Source: Candidatus Peregrinibacteria bacterium (lineage in GTDB: Bacteria; Patescibacteriota; Gracilibacteria; UM-FILTER-43-11). From it: 64,000 bases of DNA. The stretch's first letter is position 1. Every line of letters starts with the position of its first letter. Under the pieces are notes generated by a model. That model saw only the letters and a program-made list of their open reading frames with translations, was not told where the DNA came from and did not search any database. This document shows, in pieces, positions 37,245 to 45,024 of this stretch. The stretch is from assembly GCA_016932495.1 (NCBI GenBank), contig JAFGCR010000011.1:4973-68972 (forward strand), given 5' to 3'. Made by a program: the position numbers and the translations under genes.

Positions 37245-38492
37245 ATGGTTAGTGTTATTAAATATCTCTGGGGTTTATTTCTCTTCACATTCCCTCTCTC
37301 TATCCGCTGGGTATTTTACGAACCGGCGAGTTATCGGTTTGGAAATTTTAACCCATGGGTGACGGGGTTTGTGTATTTGCCTGAGATCTTACTTGGGGTG
37401 GTTTTTGTGTTGTGGATTATTTATAAGTTGAAAGTTGAAAGTTTAAAGTTGAAAGTCGGAAGTTGGCTATGGGGGGTGTTTTTCTTGTTTGCCATCAATG
37501 CTTTTGTCGTTACTTTGTTGTTTGGGGATGGCTTTTTGGGAGCGATGTTTGTACTCCGTCTGTTCGAAGCGCTTGTTGTTTTCTGGCTGCTGACTGATGA
37601 AGTCCTGCCTATTAAAAATATGGTCACTATCTTACTTTTTGGTGCAGTCCTCCAGATCTTGTGGGGTTACGCGCAGTGGCGGATGAACGGGTCTCTTGGC
37701 CTTACGTGGCTCGGTGAATCGGTTTTTGGTCCTGATATTTTTGGTGTGGCTAAAATCGATTTAGCGGATGGGGCAAAACAGGTAAGGGCTTATGGCTCCT
37801 TCCTTCATTCCAATATTCTGGCCGCTTATCTTCTCATTATCCTGTTCCTCAGCCTCCGTTATTTAAAATATGGGTATAAATTATTCTGGATCGCCCTGTT
37901 CACATGGGGTATTTATTTAACGAATAGCCAGGCGGCCATGATCGTGGATGCCCTGACGTTGGGTCTTTATATTTTATTCGCATTTTTCAAATCCCCTCTT
38001 TTCCGGAAGGCAATCGGATTAGCGATTATTGTGGTGCTCGCCCTGGGGAATTTTTGGTTTTTTAAAAACAGCCACGCCATCCAAACGCGCGATCTTTCTA
38101 TTCAGGAGCGCCTGGAACAGAACGTGATCAGCCGGAATATGTGGTCAGCGCATCCATTTGGTGTCGGCGTATCGGATTTTACTCTGGAGATGGAACACTT
38201 TAATGCCGATAAGCTCCTTCCCTGGGAATTCCAGCCTGTCCACAACACCTATTTCCTTATTCTCAATGAAGTCGGCGTGCAGGGATTGTTATTACTCCTT
38301 TTGTTCATTTTGGCCCTGTTCGACCGTTACTGGGAAGGCGGTAAGGCAATCGGCATTTTTATCCTCTTGTTCTTAATGCCTTTTGACCATTTTTTGTGGG
38401 ACAGCTGGGTCGGCCTGATACTGATTGCCATTGTGGCGGGATTTTTTGTGCTGGAAAATCATCCGCATAAATTGTTTACTAAAGAAGATTAA
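37245..38492 (+). CDS. O-antigen ligase / Wzy_C family membrane protein
   Basis: Polytopic membrane protein with a periplasmic loop containing AYGSFLHSNILAAYL. The ORF opens at 37209 inside the palindrome, so ATG at 37245 is preferred. Confidence 0.7.
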   Translation: MVSVIKYLWGLFLFTFPLSIRWVFYEPASYRFGNFNPWVTGFVYLPEILLGVVFVLWIIYKLKVESLKLKVGSWLWGVFFLFAINAFVVTLLFGDGFLGAMFVLRLFEALVVFWLLTDEVLPIKNMVTILLFGAVLQILWGYAQWRMNGSLGLTWLGESVFGPDIFGVAKIDLADGAKQVRAYGSFLHSNILAAYLLIILFLSLRYLKYGYKLFWIALFTWGIYLTNSQAAMIVDALTLGLYILFAFFKSPLFRKAIGLAIIVVLALGNFWFFKNSHAIQTRDLSIQERLEQNVISRNMWSAHPFGVGVSDFTLEMEHFNADKLLPWEFQPVHNTYFLILNEVGVQGLLLLLLFILALFDRYWEGGKAIGIFILLFLMPFDHFLWDSWVGLILIAIVAGFFVLENHPHKLFTKED

Positions 38493-38567
38493 TTTATTGA
38501 AGATTAAAGATTGAAACGCTTCGCTATTGAAAATTAATCTTCAATCTTCAATCTTCAATCTTTAATA
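38493..38567. repeat. palindrome with tandem-repeat arms (ATTGAAGATTAAAGATTGAA / TTCAATCTTCAATCTTCAAT)
   Basis: Read directly between the O-antigen-ligase-like gene and tsaE. Confidence 0.75.
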
Positions 38568-38571
38568 AGAC

Positions 38572-39636
38572 ATGGAAGCCGTTTACTTATCTGAATCACC
38601 AAAGGAGACCATCCGATTAGGAGAAAAGCTCGGCGCCCGTCTCAAGGGCGGCGATGTCGTGTTGCTCTTCGGCGAGCTGGGTGCCGGCAAGACCCATTTT
38701 ATTAAAGGGATTGCGGAAGGGCTGGATGTATCGGCAACAGTCAAAAGCCCCACTTACGCTTATGTGAACCGGTATGATCTGAATGAAGCGGCCTTTTATC
38801 ATTACGACCTGTATCGCCTGGGAGATAACGTTACACCTACGCCGATAACCGCCAGCCTATCTTCTATTGGCTATGATGAAAGCCTGGATGATTCCAAAGC
38901 GATCAATGTGGTGGAATGGGCTGACCGGCTGGGCGGCAATCTTCCCCGTTCTTATATTAAAGTTGAGATAGAAGGGGGGGGCGACGTCCGCAAAATCCGT
39001 ATTGAATTTATCGGCTCCCGTATCCCCAGCCAATCCGTCATCCATCAGCTTTATGAAGAATGGGTGACACCTCAGCATGTACGGGCCCACATTAAACAAG
39101 TCTCTCATGTCGCTATGCAGTTAGCCCAGGCTTTTATAGAAAAAGGGGAGATCATCAATATGAACTTATTACATGCCGCCTCCATGCTGCATGATATCAG
39201 TCGCGTGTGTGATTTCAGAACCCTGGAGCGCGATAAATTCCAGGAAGATGTGACGGATGAAAAATGGAAAAAATGGGAATCCTGCCGTTTGGAATATCAT
39301 GGAGTGCACCATGCGGATATTGCCTGCGACCAGCTTAGAAAACTCGGTTTTCCCGAGGTGGCTGAAGTCGTCCGCCTGCATCGTTCGGTTAATATTGTGG
39401 ACGAGCCGGATTCATACAACACGCCTGAGAAAAAGATCCTCTATTATTCTGACAAGCGGGTGAAGCACGATGAGATCGTGGATTTAGATGAACGTTTCCG
39501 TGACGGGTGGGAACGGTATGGGCAGTATGATGATGACCAAACGCGTGAGCGATTTGAGCAGGTCGAGAAAAAAACATATCAGCTCGAAAAGGAGCTGTTT
39601 AAAGGACTGAGCATTAAACCCAGCGATATCCAATAA
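38572..39636 (+). CDS. tsaE: TsaE (t6A ATPase) fused to a C-terminal HD-domain
   Basis: The N-terminal 150 aa carry LFGELGAGKTHFIKG and YHYDLYRL. The C-terminal half carries SMLHDISR, HGVHHADIA and YSDKRV. Confidence 0.8.
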   Translation: MEAVYLSESPKETIRLGEKLGARLKGGDVVLLFGELGAGKTHFIKGIAEGLDVSATVKSPTYAYVNRYDLNEAAFYHYDLYRLGDNVTPTPITASLSSIGYDESLDDSKAINVVEWADRLGGNLPRSYIKVEIEGGGDVRKIRIEFIGSRIPSQSVIHQLYEEWVTPQHVRAHIKQVSHVAMQLAQAFIEKGEIINMNLLHAASMLHDISRVCDFRTLERDKFQEDVTDEKWKKWESCRLEYHGVHHADIACDQLRKLGFPEVAEVVRLHRSVNIVDEPDSYNTPEKKILYYSDKRVKHDEIVDLDERFRDGWERYGQYDDDQTRERFEQVEKKTYQLEKELFKGLSIKPSDIQ

Positions 39637-39645
39637 GCTGAGGAT

Positions 39646-40383
39646 CTAATCATTTTTTTCATCCTCCTCCTTTTCCTCGCTTTCCCCTTCTTCGTCTTCC
39701 TCTTTTTCCTCCGGTTCCACTTCTTTGTCACCGCCCAGGTCCGTTTCCACATTCAGCACATCGATGCCGTAGAGTTTTAGGAAATTATCATAAATCAACT
39801 CGCTTAAGCCTCCTATCAGCTCCAGCACCAACCAAACGCCCGGCATCGCGATGAACATAATGGTGATGTCTTTAACGCCGGTAGTCACAAACAGCAGGGC
39901 CAGGCCGATGCTCACGAATACACCAAGCGCATTGCTATAGATCCCCAGCAAAGAATATTCCCGGCCCGCCAACACCTCCATAATCAGGGCAGAGATGAAC
40001 GCACTGAGCAGGAAGTGTACGGCCGCGATACCGATGACAATATCCAGCGCCACCCCCATTAGATAAAGAGGGATGGTCAGGAAAAAAAGAATCAGGTTAA
40101 ACAGAAAGATGTGCATCACCATGGTCTTGCGCCGGCTGTATTTTTCGTTATCCATAAACGTTACCATCACACCGGTGACCGTGTTGGCCACCAGCGTGCC
40201 CACGAACGTCATAATGATGATAACGAAAACCGATAATGAGGTCGCTTCATCGCTTGCGGGCAGTGCGTTTTGCAGTATGAAATACGCAATAAAAAGAGCC
40301 AATGTGCCGGCGGCTCCACCCACAATTCCGCTTAAAAGCCTCAGCATAAATAGAGTGAAGGTAAGTGGTCTTTTTTGATCCAT
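39646..40383 (-). CDS. hypothetical polytopic membrane protein with an acidic C-terminal tail
   Basis: 245 aa, about 6 hydrophobic helices, ending in an EEKEEDEEGESEEKEEDEKND tail. Confidence 0.6.
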   Translation of the reverse strand: MDQKRPLTFTLFMLRLLSGIVGGAAGTLALFIAYFILQNALPASDEATSLSVFVIIIMTFVGTLVANTVTGVMVTFMDNEKYSRRKTMVMHIFLFNLILFFLTIPLYLMGVALDIVIGIAAVHFLLSAFISALIMEVLAGREYSLLGIYSNALGVFVSIGLALLFVTTGVKDITIMFIAMPGVWLVLELIGGLSELIYDNFLKLYGIDVLNVETDLGGDKEVEPEEKEEDEEGESEEKEEDEKND

Positions 40384-40442
40384 TTTTGTTTGGGTAAATG
40401 AAGTAGTTCCTTTTCTATTTTAAATGAGTTTTAATTATATTT

Positions 40443-40569
40443 AAATCCGAAATTCTAAATCCGAAATACGAAACAAATCCCAAATTCGAATAACAAATGT
40501 TCAAAACGTTTTGTAAATTTGGGTTTCGGACATTCGATATTGTTTCGAGTTTCGGTATTCGGATTTCGG
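40443..40569. repeat. second copy of the AAATCCGAAAT-armed palindrome family
   Basis: Shares AAATCCGAAAT, CGAAACAA and AATGTTCAAAACGTTTTG with 37112-37228. The arms pair imperfectly. Confidence 0.8.
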
Positions 40570-40573
40570 GCTT

Positions 40574-41041
40574 TTAGGTAATATCAGCCTTATATGTCAA
40601 AAAGAACAGCGCGATCAGCCCGAGGGTTATACCCACATCCGCGAGGTTAAAAACCGGAAATGGTTTTAAAACAATAAAGTCAATCACAGCGCCCAGATGG
40701 ATACGATTCACCAGGTTCCCGATTGCTCCGCCCACAATTATGCCCAATAAAAATTGATTTAGAAATGAGTTTCTTTTGAGGGGTAGTAAATATTTCCATC
40801 CATAATAGATCAGCATCCCCAAAATCATCATCGATGCCACCATCTGGAATCCGTATCCCATGCGGATGCCCAGGGCAACGCCATTGTTTTTCTGGAGGGT
40901 GATGTAAAAAAACCGTTTTATGAATATAACAGGTCCGGCATAAAAATGCAGAAGGTAATATTTAGTCGCTAAGTCAATTGCCAGCCATCCGACAGCTGAT
41001 ACAATAAACACTCCGTATTGTCGCCATTTTAGTTTTTTCAT
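40574..41041 (-). CDS. lspA: lipoprotein signal peptidase II
   Basis: 155 aa. GGAIGNLVNRI..GAVIDFI and FNLADVGITLG. Confidence 0.9.
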   Translation of the reverse strand: MKKLKWRQYGVFIVSAVGWLAIDLATKYYLLHFYAGPVIFIKRFFYITLQKNNGVALGIRMGYGFQMVASMMILGMLIYYGWKYLLPLKRNSFLNQFLLGIIVGGAIGNLVNRIHLGAVIDFIVLKPFPVFNLADVGITLGLIALFFLTYKADIT

Positions 41042-41091
41042 ACTGCGTGAGTATTATATACTTAACTTACCCAATAACCAATTTCCAGTCG

Positions 41092-41191
41092 CCCAATAGC
41101 AGACCCGCAGTAGACCCAATTGTGGTTCCGATTGTGGTGTACAATGGGGTCAACGATTGGGTCTACGCGCGAAGCGCGGGTCTACTATTGG
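41092..41191. repeat. compound palindrome (CCAATAGCAGACCCGC ... GCGGGTCTACTATTGG)
   Basis: 41093-41108 pairs with 41176-41191 (one mismatch). GTAGACCCAATTG pairs with CAACGATTGGGTCTAC. The ORF-track start of ftsW (41157) lies inside the element. Confidence 0.75.
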
Positions 41192-41204
41192 AAATCCAGA
41201 ATTT

Positions 41205-42404
41205 ATGAAAAAGAGACCGTTCGACACCATATTGGCTCTTGTATTCTTTGGTCTGGTGCTTTTCGGTATTGTGATGATCTCCAGCGTGAGCGTCTATGAA
41301 TCTTACCAGCTTACCGAAAATATGGCGCGCCGGGAACTTTTGGAGGAACCCATTAACAGTTTTTATCTGTGGCGCCATGTGTGGCGCGTGGCCCTTTCTA
41401 TTCCCCTGGCCATCCTCATGATTTATCTGCCGCTTAAAGTATGGAAAAAAAGCGCTTTATTTCTTTTTGTTGTCTCACTTCTTTTGCTTGTCGCCTTGTT
41501 TCTGCCTGGTGTCGGGGCGAATTACGGAACGTCTACCAGCTGGATCAATGTGTCATTTTTGCCGTCAGTCCAGCCGGCGGAATTCGTTAAACTCGCCCTG
41601 ATTTTTTATCTCGCTGTCTGGATGGAAAAACGACAGGAACTGGTCCGGTCTTTTCAATACGGCTTTATTCCTTTTACCATCCTGCTCAGCGCGGTAGTGG
41701 TGCTTTTGGCGCTCCAGCCCGATTTCGGGTCGGTTTTGGTGATCTCTATCATCGCGGTCAGCATGTTTTTCGCGGCAGGGGGGAATCTTTTTCATATCGT
41801 TGCCGGCGCGCTCATGGCTGCGCTCATGGCTTACCCCATTATCATGAGCAAGGAATACATCCGGAACCGTTTTATGGTATTTTTGGACCCCACCCTTGAC
41901 CCTCTTAATATCAGTTTCCAGATCAAGCAGGCGCTGATCGCCGTCGGAAGCGGGGGATTGTTTGGGGTAGGCTTTGGCAAGTCCATCCAAAAATTCGGCT
42001 ATCTTCCCGAAGTTCAGGGCGATACGATTTTTGCCGCGGCCGCCGAGGAGCTCGGTTTTATCCGTATCAGTTTTTTGGTCATTGCCTATCTCATTATCGC
42101 CTATCGCGGTTTCCGGATCGCCAATCATGCGCCCAATCGTTTCGCGATGCTGGTGGCTGTCGGAATCACGAGCTGGTTTGTTTTCCAGACGGTCATCAAT
42201 ATCGGCGTTAATTTAGCCCTTCTTCCTTTGACCGGTCTTACGTTGCCCTTTGTCAGTTATGGCGGTTCGTCACTGATCGCTAATATGATGGGGGCTGGTA
42301 TTTTACTTAATATATCTCGCTATGCAGAAGAAGCGAATCCTGTTAACCGGCGGGGGGTCCGGCGGGCACGTTATGCCCAACCTCGCTATCGCTACCGCAC
42401 TTAG
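41205..42404 (+). CDS. ftsW: SEDS-family peptidoglycan glycosyltransferase FtsW/RodA
   Basis: QPAEFVKLALIFYLA, PEVQGDTIFAAAAEELGF, LPFVSYGGSS. The ATG at 41205 (MKKRPFD...) is preferred. Confidence 0.9.
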   Translation: MKKRPFDTILALVFFGLVLFGIVMISSVSVYESYQLTENMARRELLEEPINSFYLWRHVWRVALSIPLAILMIYLPLKVWKKSALFLFVVSLLLLVALFLPGVGANYGTSTSWINVSFLPSVQPAEFVKLALIFYLAVWMEKRQELVRSFQYGFIPFTILLSAVVVLLALQPDFGSVLVISIIAVSMFFAAGGNLFHIVAGALMAALMAYPIIMSKEYIRNRFMVFLDPTLDPLNISFQIKQALIAVGSGGLFGVGFGKSIQKFGYLPEVQGDTIFAAAAEELGFIRISFLVIAYLIIAYRGFRIANHAPNRFAMLVAVGITSWFVFQTVINIGVNLALLPLTGLTLPFVSYGGSSLIANMMGAGILLNISRYAEEANPVNRRGVRRARYAQPRYRYRT

Positions 42405-43404
42405 ATCCAATTGCGGGGCCAATAGCAGGTCCAATCGTGGAGCCCATTGTGGAGTGAAGCTGCTCTACGTTGGGTCGCGGGTCCCGCTGGATCGTCAGCT
42501 GGTCGAAGCGGCGGACATCCCATTTAAATCGATTTTTGCCGGGAAACTGCGGCGTTATTTTTCATGGCGGCACTTTGTAGACCCTTTTCTCGTTTTAATC
42601 GGCTTTTTCCAATCATTTATCATCCTTATCCGGTTTTGGCCCCACGTGGTTTTTGCCAAAGGAGGGTTTGTCAGCCTGCCTGTGGCACTGGCCGCTTTTG
42701 TATTGCATCGTCCTATTATTCTGCATGAATCCGATAGCATGATGGGGCTTTCGAACCGGATTGTTGCCCGTTTGGCCAAAAAAGTCTGTGTGGCTTTTCC
42801 AGATGTTATTTCTCAGGCCGAGAAAGTCGTATTTACGGGCAATCCCATTCGCCTTTCTATTCGAAAGGGGGAAGCGCGGAAAGGCTATCAGCTTACCGGT
42901 TTCCATCCGCACAAACCCGTTCTTTTGGTCTGGGGCGGGAGTCAGGGGGCGCAGGAAATCAATGAAATGGTGGAGCGGGATTTCCCCCGCCTCAAATCCA
43001 CTTTTCAGGTCGTCCATGTTACTGGCAGCGGAAAGCCGACCGCTATTCAGGATGAATCTTATATATCATTCGAGTACCTAGGGCCGGAGCTGAAACACAT
43101 TTACGCCATTACCGATGTGGTGGTGGGGAGATCGGGTGCCAACTCACTGTATGAACTGGCCCTGATGCAGAAACCCAACATTCTTATCCCCCTTAAAAGC
43201 GCGGCTCACAATCATCAGCAACTGAACGCTGAGTATTTTGAACGAATGGGGGCCAGCATTGTTCTGCGGGATCAGCCCCTGTCTGACATCCTCCTCGCCT
43301 TATGGCATAGCCCCGACAAACAGGCGCGGATGAAGGAGGCATTGGCCAGTGTCGCGAAACCGGATGCCGCTATACATATTGCTGAATTGATTTTAAACAT
43401 TTGA
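42322..43404 (+). CDS. murG: UDP-N-acetylglucosamine--N-acetylmuramyl-(pentapeptide) pyrophosphoryl-undecaprenol N-acetylglucosamine transferase
   Basis: LTGGGSGGHVMP and VWGGSQGA. Overlaps the ftsW 3' end by 83 nt. Confidence 0.9.
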   Translation: MQKKRILLTGGGSGGHVMPNLAIATALRSNCGANSRSNRGAHCGVKLLYVGSRVPLDRQLVEAADIPFKSIFAGKLRRYFSWRHFVDPFLVLIGFFQSFIILIRFWPHVVFAKGGFVSLPVALAAFVLHRPIILHESDSMMGLSNRIVARLAKKVCVAFPDVISQAEKVVFTGNPIRLSIRKGEARKGYQLTGFHPHKPVLLVWGGSQGAQEINEMVERDFPRLKSTFQVVHVTGSGKPTAIQDESYISFEYLGPELKHIYAITDVVVGRSGANSLYELALMQKPNILIPLKSAAHNHQQLNAEYFERMGASIVLRDQPLSDILLALWHSPDKQARMKEALASVAKPDAAIHIAELILNI

Positions 43405-43458
43405 CATGTGACATTTGACATGTGATAACTGTCAAATGTTAAATGTTAATTGTCAATT
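43396..43458. repeat. palindrome with tandem-repeat arms (AACATTTGACA ... TGTCAAATGTT)
   Basis: 43396-43406 pairs with 43430-43440. TGACATGTGACATTTGACATGTGA and AAATGTTAAATGTTAA are internally repetitive. The element overlaps the murG stop codon. Confidence 0.75.
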
Positions 43459-43469
43459 GTAATTTAATT

Positions 43470-44591
43470 ATGAAAATAGGAATCAATGCCCGTTTTCTGT
43501 CGGCGCCCTTCACCGGTATCGGCCAATATACCCGCAGTTTAGTGGCGGCTATGGCGGCTATTGAAGCTAATAATCAATACATCCTATTTACACCGGAGCT
43601 AGTGGATGTGGATCTGCCAGCCAACTGCAAACAAATCCGCGTTGCTGAAAAACCCTATCGTTCCGACAGCGTCCGCAAAGCTCATTGGGAGCATATTCTG
43701 GTGCCCAGAGAGATGGAACGTTTTGAAGTCGATGTGGCTCATTACCCTTATCCTTCCAATCCCCGCCGCCGCCTGTCCATGCCCACCATTGTGACCGTCC
43801 ATGACGTCATTCCTTGGAGGCTCAAGGCTTATCGGCAAAAAATGCGTTCCAAGGTGTATCATCTCAACGCGCGTCTGGCCCTGCGGAAGGCCAACCACAT
43901 CCTTACGGTGTCTGATTTTTCCAAAAGCGAGATCGTTAAATATTTAAAAGTGAAAGCCGAAAACATCACAGTCACCCCGCTGGCCCCGCCGTTCTCACCC
44001 GACAAGGTCAGCTGTCCCCGTTTTGGGCTGCGCAGGGATTACTTTCTGTATGTTGGCGGCTATGATGACCGCAAAAATGTCCCCCGGCTGATGAAAGCTT
44101 ATCAAAAGCACATTGCGCCTTTCTACCCCATTGACCTTATCTTGGTCGGCGGCAAAAACCAAGATCTGGAAGTTTTTCTGACCGATGAATATTGCGAACG
44201 GGTGGCGGGAACCTACCTTATGAAACCAAAGGGGAAGGTCATTTTTACCGAACATCTGGATCAAAGCGAGCTGGTCTGCCTTTATCAAAAAGCATTGGCC
44301 CTGACCCACATGTCCCTTTATGAAGGGTTTAACCTGGCGTTGGTCGAGGCTATGCAGGCCGGGATTCCCATCATCGCTTCTGATATTCCGGTCCACCATG
44401 AAGTCACCCAGGACGGCGCTTTATTTGTGGACCCCCATAATATTGATTCCATTGGTAACGCTATGCACCAACTGGTCCACGACAAAGCCCTGCAACGCGA
44501 ACTCGTCCAGAAAACCCAAAAACGGGCTCAGGATTTTGACTGGAAGAAAACAGCGGAAGAAACATTATATGTCTATAGCCTATTCACTTAA
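43470..44591 (+). CDS. family 4 (GT-B) glycosyltransferase
   Basis: MKIGINARFL start preferred. EGFNLALVEAMQAGIPIIASD (E-x7-E). Confidence 0.85.
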   Translation: MKIGINARFLSAPFTGIGQYTRSLVAAMAAIEANNQYILFTPELVDVDLPANCKQIRVAEKPYRSDSVRKAHWEHILVPREMERFEVDVAHYPYPSNPRRRLSMPTIVTVHDVIPWRLKAYRQKMRSKVYHLNARLALRKANHILTVSDFSKSEIVKYLKVKAENITVTPLAPPFSPDKVSCPRFGLRRDYFLYVGGYDDRKNVPRLMKAYQKHIAPFYPIDLILVGGKNQDLEVFLTDEYCERVAGTYLMKPKGKVIFTEHLDQSELVCLYQKALALTHMSLYEGFNLALVEAMQAGIPIIASDIPVHHEVTQDGALFVDPHNIDSIGNAMHQLVHDKALQRELVQKTQKRAQDFDWKKTAEETLYVYSLFT

Positions 44592-44677
44592 ATCCGTTAT
44601 GCGGTTACGAATCAACCCGGATCGATGCGCATTGATCCGTTACTACTCATCTCCTTGGAAAATAGTGTATAATTAAG

Positions 44678-44998
44678 GTGTCATTTTTTCTGAACCCTAT
44701 GTCCGCTCCTCTTATTATTTTCATTTTCATCCACCTGGTCATTTTTGCGTTTTTTGTGGAAACTCTGCGCCGGGTACACAAGCGGGCCAGTGAATATGGG
44801 CTGGAGGATACCCGCGAAACACTGCCTTTCGGTTTTGTGCGTCTGCGTTATGTGGTGATTCTTTATGTTATGGCTTATGTCCTTTGGATCGTTGTCTCAA
44901 TTTCTCTTTATTTGGTTTTTGTGGATAAAAATTCTTCTTTCTCCGTTCGTAATGGCACGCCTGCCGGTACCAGCAGAAATGTTGAGCTGAATCTTTAA
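44678..44998 (+). CDS. hypothetical small membrane protein
   Basis: Two hydrophobic helices. GTG start at 44678 or ATG at 44699. Confidence 0.4.
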   Translation: MSFFLNPMSAPLIIFIFIHLVIFAFFVETLRRVHKRASEYGLEDTRETLPFGFVRLRYVVILYVMAYVLWIVVSISLYLVFVDKNSSFSVRNGTPAGTSRNVELNL

Positions 44999-45024
44999 TT
45001 AAAAGAGTCTCAAGTTATATTGCT

